Assembly (NCBI GenBank): GCA_964610875.1
Contig: CAZSWP010000002.1
Coordinates: 116,541 to 142,492, forward strand
From: an uncultured archaeon
GTDB lineage: Archaea; Asgardarchaeota; Thorarchaeia; Thorarchaeales; Thorarchaeaceae
Direction: 5' to 3'
DNA length: 25,952 bases
Shown: positions 1 through 8,403 of the stretch, in pieces
Layout of the letters: every line of letters starts with the position of its first letter
Position numbering within the stretch: the first letter of the stretch is position 1
Translations under genes and position numbers: made by a program
The notes under the pieces: generated by a model
Databases searched by the model: none
Seen by the model: the letters and a program-made list of their open reading frames with translations, nothing else
Told to the model about the DNA's origin: nothing

Positions 1-655
1 CATCAATCCTCATGTTCAGGAATATATTGTTATTAGGAGAATCGGTTTTCATCTCCTTCACAAAGAGTGTGTCCCCACCACCTGCAGACCCGATTGTAAT
101 AACACCCAATTCCTCAGAATCTATGTTGATCATAAGCTTGCTCTCTATCCCCAATTTTTCCACATCTAATGCAAATGCTCCTGTCAAACCGGTCTCTTCA
201 TCCACTGTAGCCAGTACTTCGAGTGGCCCATGAGATACTTCAGGATCGAATAAGAGAGCAAGTGCAAGAGCCATTCCCATTCCATTGTCTGCACCAAGTG
301 TTGTCTTATCTGCTGTGACCCATTCACCATTTTCTTCAATCATGACCGGAATCGGCAAATTATCGAAATCAAATCCATCCGCCCTGTCAGTTTCACAGAC
401 CATATCGAGATGACCTTGAAACAAGAGTGAAGGTCTGTCTTCGCATCCTGGAGATGCTGATTTCTTGACCAGAATATTTCCAATATCGTCCTCATTGATC
501 GATAGGGAGATGCCGTATTTGTTAGCTTCTTCAATCAACCACTCCTTCAGAACTTTCCGAATCTTCTCTTCTTTCTTAGATTCACGGGGAGTATTTATGA
601 AAACGTGTTCGAAGATTTGCCAGACAATTTTGGGTTCAAGCTCTTCCAAAACCAT
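1..655 (-). CDS. pepD: Aminoacyl-histidine dipeptidase (M20C family), 3' end outside the window
   Basis: Not in the ORF track because it has no stop in the window. Manual translation from ATG 655 gives MVLEELEPKIVWQIFE...GNILVKKSASPG...QGHLDMV...TTLGADNGMG...TVDEETGLTGA...INIDSEE...IGSAGG, which carries the PepD metal-ligand motifs. Confidence 0.93.
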   Translation of the reverse strand, partial: MVLEELEPKIVWQIFEHVFINTPRESKKEEKIRKVLKEWLIEEANKYGISLSINEDDIGNILVKKSASPGCEDRPSLLFQGHLDMVCETDRADGFDFDNLPIPVMIEENGEWVTADKTTLGADNGMGMALALALLFDPEVSHGPLEVLATVDEETGLTGAFALDVEKLGIESKLMINIDSEELGVITIGSAGGGDTLFVKEMKTDSPNNNIFLNMRID

Positions 656-766
656 GGGTTATCACTAGGTCTAGGGGATACATGAGCATCACATAAGCAT
701 TCAGATAACACTCGAACAACAGTGCTATATCTTGGTTTGTCATCTGATATCTCTTGGTGTTGTCAG

Positions 767-1642
767 ATGGTTTTTGACCCAGATATCACTCTCTGGTTTA
801 GAGACGCCCTGCCTTGGGCAGGAGAATTTTTCAGGATAATAACGGAACTCGGTGGAGAACTGTTCTATATTGCTTTGATTCTAACAGGATTTTGGGCATT
901 CAAGAAAAGAGGATCACTTGTGACTGCATTTGTCTTGATATTCTCTCTGCTCTCAAATTATTGGCTGAAGACACTAATTGCTAATCCACGACCTCCTGAG
1001 AGCTATTGGTATGAAGGCTATGAGGCTGCCAATTATAGCACTCCTAGTGGACATGCACAAAACTCAGCTACACTGTTTGGATGGTTTGCTATCAAAATCA
1101 GAACATCCTGGATGATACTACTATCTATTATTCTAACAATACTGATAGGTCTCTCTAGAGTATACCTTGGTGTTCACTATTTTGGTGATGTCTTATTGGG
1201 ATGGAGTATCGGCTTTGCAACTGTGTTAGTACTCGGATATTTTGAAGAACCAATTAGGAGAAAAATGGGAGAATACAACGAACTGTATTTCTATGTGTTC
1301 CTTGTTATCATCGCAGTTGCAGGACTGCTGATTTCATCATTCTTATTCGATTTACCACCAGGCGATAATTTTGGTTCCTATGCAGGATTGTTGATCGGAC
1401 TCGCAGTCGCGCTCCCATTAGAAAAGCAATACGTTGACTTCGATGTTGAAGTGGCCGACGGGAAGAAATGGAAACTTGTGCTTCGGGTGATTCTTGGTCT
1501 GATTATTGTCATATCCGTAATGATGGGATTATCTCCAATAATGCCAACAGAAGATGTATTGCTCAGGACTCTTCGATATGCGCTTGCTGTGATTACTGGG
1601 ATTTTCATCTGGCCATTCATATTCAAGCGTGCAAATCTATGA
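767..1642 (+). CDS. PAP2-family membrane phosphatase
   Basis: Motifs KTLIANPRP, PSGHAQ and SRVYLGVHYFGDV; multiple TM segments. ATG 767 preferred over GTG 722, which overlaps a TATA-like GTGCTATAT. Confidence 0.9.
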   Translation: MVFDPDITLWFRDALPWAGEFFRIITELGGELFYIALILTGFWAFKKRGSLVTAFVLIFSLLSNYWLKTLIANPRPPESYWYEGYEAANYSTPSGHAQNSATLFGWFAIKIRTSWMILLSIILTILIGLSRVYLGVHYFGDVLLGWSIGFATVLVLGYFEEPIRRKMGEYNELYFYVFLVIIAVAGLLISSFLFDLPPGDNFGSYAGLLIGLAVALPLEKQYVDFDVEVADGKKWKLVLRVILGLIIVISVMMGLSPIMPTEDVLLRTLRYALAVITGIFIWPFIFKRANL

Positions 1643-1645
1643 TTA

Positions 1646-2632
1646 TCACAACGGTATCTTCTTGTATTCATCAGTGACGAGTTTCCATAATTGATCAGGA
1701 TTATCAGATGAAATAGTGGTTCCTTTGTTTGCCAAATAGGACCAACCAAATATAGAATCCACACCCAAATCTCTGTAGATGGGAATCAAGGAAGATACAT
1801 CTTTTTCTGCACCAGCAGGGAGGCGGAACATCTGTAGCCAGAGTTGACTTTTCTTCCCATATTGCTTAGCAGTATCCACTGTCCTTTGTGCAGCATCAAG
1901 AGCCCACTGACGGTCCTTACCAAAGACATGATAATACGGATCAGTTGAGAATACATCTAGAGACCTCAATGATGCAATCTTACTCCAATCAGGTGTCCCA
2001 AGACCAAGGAGCTTTGTAGGGATTGTACATATAACAACCTCAGTAGAAGACTTGGCGGATTTAACAGTGTTACACATGTCTTCAAGGAATTCTAACATGC
2101 ATTTTTCACGAAAATATTGAATATCTTCATTGTACTCCATTGGCATCTTTTTATTCATCATTTCTCTGAACTTTTGCTGGCAGGTGTCACAGACACAGGT
2201 GAACTCAGATTTATCAAATAAGGGGTAATAGTGTGGTTCATCGATGAAAATACTATCAACTCTGGTTTCTTGTACAATTCGTTTCACTCTTTGAGAGAGA
2301 TAGTCAACGAATTCAGGTCTGTTAATACATGCTGCTGGTACACATTCTTTGGAACTAGCAGTAATCTGTCGAAATTTGTAGTTTTGATGCAGAAAAATTG
2401 AAGGAGGTTCACCACCGAATACGCCACCGAGAGCCCAGAAATTGAAGTATACTTTGAGCCCAATATCCTTCGCCTCTGCAATGATATCCATTAGATTGGG
2501 ATACCAATACTCAAGATCATTTTCTGAAGCTGCAATTAGTATTGCATTACAATTATTATGAACCATGTCTTCAAAATCCAAGCGTGCATGCCTTGGTTGT
2601 TTGGAGTGGTGCCAAGCAAATCCGAGTTCCAT
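1646..2632 (-). CDS. Uncharacterised glycoside-hydrolase-like (beta/alpha)8 protein (GH42/GHL-like)
   Basis: SIFIDEPHY, CxCxxC (CVCDTC) followed by QQKFREM as in GH42-like enzymes, and STDPY. The start is uncertain (2674, 2647 or 2632); ATG 2632 preferred. Confidence 0.6.
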   Translation of the reverse strand: MELGFAWHHSKQPRHARLDFEDMVHNNCNAILIAASENDLEYWYPNLMDIIAEAKDIGLKVYFNFWALGGVFGGEPPSIFLHQNYKFRQITASSKECVPAACINRPEFVDYLSQRVKRIVQETRVDSIFIDEPHYYPLFDKSEFTCVCDTCQQKFREMMNKKMPMEYNEDIQYFREKCMLEFLEDMCNTVKSAKSSTEVVICTIPTKLLGLGTPDWSKIASLRSLDVFSTDPYYHVFGKDRQWALDAAQRTVDTAKQYGKKSQLWLQMFRLPAGAEKDVSSLIPIYRDLGVDSIFGWSYLANKGTTISSDNPDQLWKLVTDEYKKIPL

Positions 2633-2655
2633 TTCTATACCGTTCATTGTAAGTT

Positions 2656-2747
2656 GGACAAATCTGGACACCAAAGCTTTGTCCTCCCAGAGGACGGTAC
2701 TGGGACTGGCTTTGCGAGGGTAAGATCGTGTGTCAAGACACCCTCAC
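2656..2747 (-). ncRNA. Candidate structured 5' leader / ncRNA upstream of the GH-like gene
   Basis: About 55% GC by hand count over 2672-2747. Stems GUGAGGGU/ACCCUCGC, AAAGC/GCUUU, GUCCUC/GAGGAC, UCCCAG/CUGGGA and GGACAAA/UUUGUCC. Begins 27 nt downstream of the first T of TTATATA. Confidence 0.4.
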
Positions 2748-2767
2748 TAAAATATCCTTACCGGTCC

Positions 2768-2774
2768 TATATAA
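2768..2774 (-). promoter_or_regulatory. Archaeal TATA box for the structured leader / GH-like gene
   Basis: Minus strand GCTTATATAGG; the same TTATATAGG core occurs upstream of fhs. Confidence 0.6.
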
Positions 2775-2934
2775 GCACCTACACAACAATGTCAAGGTTT
2801 GTCCTGATTATTAGTATCTGTTCGCGACCCTTTTTTGATACAATCAGGCTATCTGATGAATCAATCGGAAGTAAGAGAAGTTTCTCGACAGATTCAATAG
2901 TAAGGCGGCAATCCATCAGCATTGGTGAGTTTCA

Positions 2935-3651
2935 ATGTCAGAGAGATATAGTACACCACTAGCCAGCCCGTTATATCCAGCACCCCCATATTTCTATGAG
3001 AATGCGGAGATTTTCTTAGCTCTCTTTTATCCAAAAGAGGGCGTACTTGAGAAGTTAATTCCAGCGCCCATGAAACCACCCCAGATGCCATTGGCAGGGT
3101 TGATGTTTGGAAAGCAACCCTGCAAGCAAACAGGGATGTTCATGGAATCAGCAGTGTTGGTTCAATGTATGTTCGACAACCCCGATACAGGAGAAGAAGA
3201 GGTTGGTGTTCATTTCTCTCACAATTATGTTGATACAGACGTAGCACTTGTATCAGGGAGAGAGATTTGGGGCTATCCTCGTAAACTTGCAGATATATCG
3301 ATGGAATGGAAAGGTGATACACTCACAGCTGAAACAAAACGTGATGATACAGTTCTTTTACGAGCAGAGTGTCTTTTCGACGATGAGGGAGCATGGATTG
3401 ACAGCGGTCCGAACATCAATGTGAAACTGATTCCCAGTGTGACAGGAGATGGGCACGACATAGCAGTGCTAAATGCAGCTCATTTGGCATATGATATTAA
3501 AGAAGGGAGATCAGGAGAAGTGAATCTGGTTATCAATAGTGGGCCACAAGACAATCTAGAAATGGTAGAGATTGAATCCACTATGATTGGTCTGTTTTTC
3601 GACTGTGATATTACTGTACCTGTCGGAAAGGCTATTGCAAAGCTTGAATGA
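2935..3651 (+). CDS. Acetoacetate decarboxylase-like (ADC) family protein
   Basis: PPYFYENAE at the N-terminus and the GREIWGYPRKLA motif; GGTGA RBS upstream of the ATG. Confidence 0.85.
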   Translation: MSERYSTPLASPLYPAPPYFYENAEIFLALFYPKEGVLEKLIPAPMKPPQMPLAGLMFGKQPCKQTGMFMESAVLVQCMFDNPDTGEEEVGVHFSHNYVDTDVALVSGREIWGYPRKLADISMEWKGDTLTAETKRDDTVLLRAECLFDDEGAWIDSGPNINVKLIPSVTGDGHDIAVLNAAHLAYDIKEGRSGEVNLVINSGPQDNLEMVEIESTMIGLFFDCDITVPVGKAIAKLE

Positions 3652-3654
3652 GGA

Positions 3655-5364
3655 CTAGAGATATTCAGTAGCCTCGATCGTAGCAAGAGTAATTCCAGCA
3701 CTCTTTGTATAATGTCGAAATAGGACCCATGATATCAAGATGAATACAGGCAAACCCATGTATGCATAAATTGGATTCAAGAGACCCGCAACAACTATTC
3801 CGAGTGTCCCACCAGCACCAAATATCATCGGGACAAATTGTGCCCGGAGCATAGACCATCCTCTGATAGGCATTTGAATTGAAGAACCACGTTGTCTTGT
3901 AATCATCCTATCAGCTCTAAAATCGCCGCCAATAGCTGCCGCGTTCGCTGAAATCGCTCCTGATGCTAATGTCAAAAAGGGCATCGCCAGAAACACCGCA
4001 GGTAATAGAGGCCAAAATGACCAATTCAACACAAGAATCACTATAGACATAATGACAGTAATTGCGATACTGAACGGAAGTGCACTATACACCTTACCTT
4101 TAATGTAATCCTGCATATTCGCAGCAGCTAATTGCAGATTCAGTAGATTTTTCCCCTCATACACCGTTTCGTAACCAGCAAAATAGAGGCCATAAGAGTT
4201 CACAAAAAGGACGAGTGCTAGTACTAGCATGATAGGTAGGAAATCTAGGAACATTTCTCCAATAGTGAATACAGGAAGAAGAATCCAGATTATGAATCGT
4301 AACGGACCTAAGAGATAATTTGTAAGAACTCTGGCTTCTCGCTTCACCGAAGAGATATTGTACCATATGGATGTACTTACTGTTGGATTGAATCGAACAC
4401 CGGGAAAAGGTTGTGGGTCCCAGACATCATGATCAATCACAATCTCCTCTTTTGATGACCGTTTTGATTCTACTGCTAACCAACCACTATAGTGAGCTTC
4501 TTCACTTACTACACCATTTGCATATACAAGAAGAATTCCTAACATAACATAGACGAAAGGCATGATAATTTGAAATGGTGTGAAAGGAAGACCTACCAAT
4601 ACACCTAGTGACAATACACTGACGGTATAACCGGGAGTGAGCTCAGAAGAGAACCCTAATGTTCTAGCAATTTGGAATAATGAATCAAAGATGCCTACAC
4701 CACCGTCACTAAGATAGAAAGATGCATACCATAGAGAACCACCGATAATTCCAGCAGCAGTAATTATTGTGTATCCTACTTGTTTGAGAAGTCTTCTTCC
4801 TGCAACCAATCGAGCGGCACCTAGACCAATTAAACCGCCCAATGATACTCCGATTGTTACTAGAGTTAGCATAAGACCAACAAACAACGGAACTGAGAGG
4901 AATGCTAGTGGATATGGGGAAATGATACTAAACCCAATAAATATAGGAGTGCCAATTGCCAGCCAAAGCATTGAACTGTAGAGAATAATGATGATAATCT
5001 TCTCTAAGAACAACGTGCGGAGGGGAATGGGCATTATCATCATGTATTCCATTCTCTTACTATTGCCAACTGTGGTGACAGATACCATTACAGAGCCGAT
5101 GAATGAGAACAACATGAGTGCGTTGAATATTGTTGCACCTAAGCCAGGGTCATTGAAGATAACATCCACAACCAACGGCCAGATGAAAGGACCAATTAGT
5201 GTTATCACCCAAATGATGACAATTCCAACGATGATCAATCCAATTGGAAGAAGAAATCGTCGGAGGAAGTGTTTCTGTGTGCTTCGTTTACCTGATACTC
5301 GTCTTAATCGGAGTGATTCACCAATGTCCTGTTTCAGAAGGAAAGTCAGGTCTGACAATGTCAC
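3655..5364 (-). CDS. ABC exporter permease (multi-TM, ABC-2-like)
   Basis: Many hydrophobic segments in two repeats; 4-nt GTGA overlap with the ATPase gene. Confidence 0.8.
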   Translation of the reverse strand: MTLSDLTFLLKQDIGESLRLRRVSGKRSTQKHFLRRFLLPIGLIIVGIVIIWVITLIGPFIWPLVVDVIFNDPGLGATIFNALMLFSFIGSVMVSVTTVGNSKRMEYMMIMPIPLRTLFLEKIIIIILYSSMLWLAIGTPIFIGFSIISPYPLAFLSVPLFVGLMLTLVTIGVSLGGLIGLGAARLVAGRRLLKQVGYTIITAAGIIGGSLWYASFYLSDGGVGIFDSLFQIARTLGFSSELTPGYTVSVLSLGVLVGLPFTPFQIIMPFVYVMLGILLVYANGVVSEEAHYSGWLAVESKRSSKEEIVIDHDVWDPQPFPGVRFNPTVSTSIWYNISSVKREARVLTNYLLGPLRFIIWILLPVFTIGEMFLDFLPIMLVLALVLFVNSYGLYFAGYETVYEGKNLLNLQLAAANMQDYIKGKVYSALPFSIAITVIMSIVILVLNWSFWPLLPAVFLAMPFLTLASGAISANAAAIGGDFRADRMITRQRGSSIQMPIRGWSMLRAQFVPMIFGAGGTLGIVVAGLLNPIYAYMGLPVFILISWVLFRHYTKSAGITLATIEATEYL

Positions 5365-6143
5365 TTCAGTTCACCTGGATCCTCGACATCGCCAAGATAT
5401 TGTGCAATTAATTGCATGTCTGGTCCACCAGTGAGCTCGAGAAATATCTCTTCAAGTGATGCTTGTCCCATTGCTTGCGTACGCAACTTCTCCATTGTGC
5501 CCTCAGCGATCATCTTGCCTTTGTTTATGATTCCAATGCTATCGCACATCTGTTCAGCAATCTCAAGAATGTGCGTTGACATGAGTACAGATACTCCTTT
5601 GGATTTCAATCCGTTAATGATCTCCTTTATGGTAGCTGCTCCACGTGGATCAATACCAGCCTGGACTTCATCAAGAATCAAAACTCGTGGGTTATGGATC
5701 AGAGCTGCAACAATGCCAATCTTTCGAGACATTCCCTTGGAATACGTTTCAATTAGATCGTCACTGGCATCCTTTATGTCAAGAAGTGTTAGGAGTTCAT
5801 CAATCTCATCTTCTCTATCCTGACCACGTTCAATTCCCCAAATATCAGCAACATAGTTGACATACTCCCATCCTGTGAGTCGCTCTGGTAGAACAGGTTC
5901 TTCTGGAACGAAACCCATCACTCGTTTCGCTGCCACCATTTCCTCACGAATATCATTACCCATAATACGAGCAGTGCCATCAGTGGGTCTGAGTAGTCCA
6001 AGAAGCAGTCTCATCGTTGTGGACTTTCCTGAACCATTTGGACCTAAGAGCCCATAGATTTCACCAGGACGGACTGTAAATGATAAATCATCAACAGCTG
6101 TGAATTCATTGAATTTCTTTGTAAGGGACAACGCCTCAATCAT
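5361..6143 (-). CDS. ABC transporter ATP-binding protein (CcmA/multidrug-type)
   Basis: Walker A GPNGSGKST, signature YSKGM, Walker B ILDE, H-loop STH. Confidence 0.95.
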   Translation of the reverse strand: MIEALSLTKKFNEFTAVDDLSFTVRPGEIYGLLGPNGSGKSTTMRLLLGLLRPTDGTARIMGNDIREEMVAAKRVMGFVPEEPVLPERLTGWEYVNYVADIWGIERGQDREDEIDELLTLLDIKDASDDLIETYSKGMSRKIGIVAALIHNPRVLILDEVQAGIDPRGAATIKEIINGLKSKGVSVLMSTHILEIAEQMCDSIGIINKGKMIAEGTMEKLRTQAMGQASLEEIFLELTGGPDMQLIAQYLGDVEDPGELK

Positions 6144-6283
6144 GGAATCTCAAAAGTCATTTTTTGTTATTCACATAAATGGTTTGAGTTTTGGGTTATT
6201 AGTTTAGAGATTCTATCACTATTTCAAAAACATAAAAAGTAGGATGAAATGTAAAACAGGCATATGTAAAGGAGCATTTCTTT

Positions 6284-7411
6284 ATGACTACGCGAACTTC
6301 CTCGGATGATGTGAAAGGGACAAAAAGAGAGTCTCCAGAATTCGTAAGGACCAGTCTTGCAGCCGCAATGACTATGAACAAAGTCCCAGGAAAATTCTAT
6401 CGCGATGCCCAGCTCTACTGCATCAATCTACTTCTGACTTATGATGAAGGATGTCATGCGAAGTGTGCATATTGCGGCCTTGCCAAGTCTAGAGAGATAG
6501 ACTCTGACTGGGTCGATAATAGTTTCATTCGTGTGGATTGGCCAATATTTTCTATAGAGGATGTTAAGCAGGCACTCTCAGATGACACATGTCCACATGT
6601 TGAGCGTGTATGTGTTTCAATGATTACAATTGGTCGTGCTAGAGAGGATTGTCTTGATGTGGTATCCGAACTTCGAGAAGTCATACCTCATATTTCCGTG
6701 TTAATAACTCCAACCATCTTAGACAAAGGTTGGTTAATTAAAGCCAAAGAAGCGGGAGCAGACAAAGTAGGTATTGCTGTGGATGCAGCGACCCCTGAAT
6801 TATTCAAAACATTAAGAGGTATGGGAGTCCGTGGACCCCATAAATGGGAGAAGTACTGGCAGACTGTCGATGAGTCTGTTGAAATCTTTGGAGCGGGTAA
6901 TGTTGGGATTCATCTGATTGTTGGAATTGGAGAAACAGAAAAGGAAATGGTTGAAACAATACAGCATGCTCAGGACAGAGGTGCAGACACACATCTCTTT
7001 TCCTTTTTCCCTGAGGAGGGCTCGGATATGGAAAATCACCCACAACCTCCTTTGGGACAGTATCGCAGAATTCAGGCTGCACGATATCTGATCAACAAAG
7101 GGCTCTCCACAGATGAAAAAATGAGGTTCAATGATACTGACCAAATTACAGATTTTGGTGTCAGTGAAGAAGTCTATAATCAAATGATGACAGAAGGAAA
7201 AGCATTCATGACATCTGGTTGCCGTGGCACAACTATGGATAATGCCTGCAACAGACCTTTTGGAAATTGTACACCATATCAGGCATTCATTGGTCATTGG
7301 AGGAATTTCCCTCTCATTCCTCAAGAAGAGGATATGAAGAAGGTTGCAAGCCAGATACAGGATTACTCATTGATCTATCAGATGGACGATGACTATTTTG
7401 ATGATGAATGA
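6284..7411 (+). CDS. lipS2: Radical SAM sulfur insertase LipS2 (lipoyl synthase component)
   Basis: CxxxCxxC (CHAKCAYC); C-terminal TSGC...CNRP matches the LipS2 TxGC...C(N/D)RP auxiliary motif; adjacent to lipS1 and lipoate ligases. Confidence 0.85.
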   Translation: MTTRTSSDDVKGTKRESPEFVRTSLAAAMTMNKVPGKFYRDAQLYCINLLLTYDEGCHAKCAYCGLAKSREIDSDWVDNSFIRVDWPIFSIEDVKQALSDDTCPHVERVCVSMITIGRAREDCLDVVSELREVIPHISVLITPTILDKGWLIKAKEAGADKVGIAVDAATPELFKTLRGMGVRGPHKWEKYWQTVDESVEIFGAGNVGIHLIVGIGETEKEMVETIQHAQDRGADTHLFSFFPEEGSDMENHPQPPLGQYRRIQAARYLINKGLSTDEKMRFNDTDQITDFGVSEEVYNQMMTEGKAFMTSGCRGTTMDNACNRPFGNCTPYQAFIGHWRNFPLIPQEEDMKKVASQIQDYSLIYQMDDDYFDDE

Positions 7412-8399
7412 AGAGTTTCTCGCGCATTGCTTCAAGGCGTCTGATCAGGATTTATCTCAGCTATTTAATGATGCCTTTCTAGTTTCAAGAAAACATTTCT
7501 CAGATGAGATAGTCTTCTATACTCCAGGAATGGTCCACTATCAGACAGAGTTTCATGAGGCAACAGACCCATACAGATTTCCTAGTATTTCGATTACCGG
7601 AAATTCCTGTGCAATCGGTTGTGAACACTGCAATGGTAAACTCCTGGAAACTATGATACATGCAACCACTCCGGAAAAACTCTGGAGCACTTGCGAAGAG
7701 ATTGTCAGAAAGGGAGGTTCTGGCTGCCTAATAAGTGGAGGTTCGACTTCGAGAGGAAACACTCCACTTAGAGAGTTCTTACCAACAATAAAGAGAATTA
7801 AATCAGACTTAGACCTCGATGTTGTTGTTCATACAGGGATCGTATATCCTGAGATTGCTGAAGGCTTGGGTAAAGCAGGCATTGATGGAGCCATGCTTGA
7901 TATAATTGGCTCTGAACAAGTTATGAAAGATATATACCATCTTGACATGCCAATTACCATCTTCGAGGATTCTATGGCACTTCTAAAGGAGTATGATGTG
8001 CCGATGATGCCACACATCATTGCTGGTCTTCATTATGGAAAACTGAATGGCGAGGATGAAGCAATCCGAATGATTGCAAAATATGATCCCGATTCTGTGG
8101 TTATCGTAGCCTTCATGCCACTTGATGAAACACCTATGGAAAACACAACTCCTGCAACACCAATTGAGATAACAAGAGTGATTCTAGGTGCAAGATTATA
8201 CATTAGGACTTGCCCGGTAGTTCTTGGCTGTGCCCGACCACTAGGAACGCATCGTAGACAACTGGATAGACTCGCTATTGATGCAGGAGTGAATGCAATT
8301 GCATATCCAACCGATGAAGGATATGCCTATGCAGAGGAAAGAAACCTATCAATTACGTTCTCAAACCAATGTTGCTCGTTAATAACAAAAAGACTGTGA
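7404..8399 (+). CDS. lipS1: Radical SAM sulfur insertase LipS1 (lipoyl synthase component)
   Basis: SITGNSCAIGCEHC, GCLISGG, GCARP and the C-terminal CC motif typical of LipS1. Start at 7401 or 7404 overlaps the lipS2 stop. Confidence 0.85.
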   Translation: MNEEFLAHCFKASDQDLSQLFNDAFLVSRKHFSDEIVFYTPGMVHYQTEFHEATDPYRFPSISITGNSCAIGCEHCNGKLLETMIHATTPEKLWSTCEEIVRKGGSGCLISGGSTSRGNTPLREFLPTIKRIKSDLDLDVVVHTGIVYPEIAEGLGKAGIDGAMLDIIGSEQVMKDIYHLDMPITIFEDSMALLKEYDVPMMPHIIAGLHYGKLNGEDEAIRMIAKYDPDSVVIVAFMPLDETPMENTTPATPIEITRVILGARLYIRTCPVVLGCARPLGTHRRQLDRLAIDAGVNAIAYPTDEGYAYAEERNLSITFSNQCCSLITKRL

Positions 8400-8403
8400 T
8401 AAC

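Noticed and set aside
12-668. Short ORFs 12..233, 340..534 and 465..668
   Set aside because: They are shadows of the real minus-strand pepD ORF (1-655).
2683-2707. AGUCCCAG...GGGAGG resemblance to the SRP RNA Alu helix
   Set aside because: The match is short, there is no room for a ~300-nt SRP RNA, and no helix-8 motif is visible.
2672-2747. 76-nt GC-rich segment as a possible tRNA
   Set aside because: No acceptor-stem pairing of the ends, no GTTC T-loop and no cloverleaf.
2853-2900. CUGAUGA as a hammerhead core, C box or SECIS core
   Set aside because: No GAAA after a stem II, no downstream CUGA D box, and no UGA-containing gene adjacent.
2558-2962. 134-aa plus-strand ORF across the divergent spacer
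   Set aside because: It overlaps both flanking genes and a TATA box and has no recognisable motif.
6284-8399. Biotin synthase or LipA annotation for the radical SAM pair
   Set aside because: They lack the LipA CX4CX5C motif and the BioB signature; they carry LipS1/S2 motifs and sit next to lipoate ligases.
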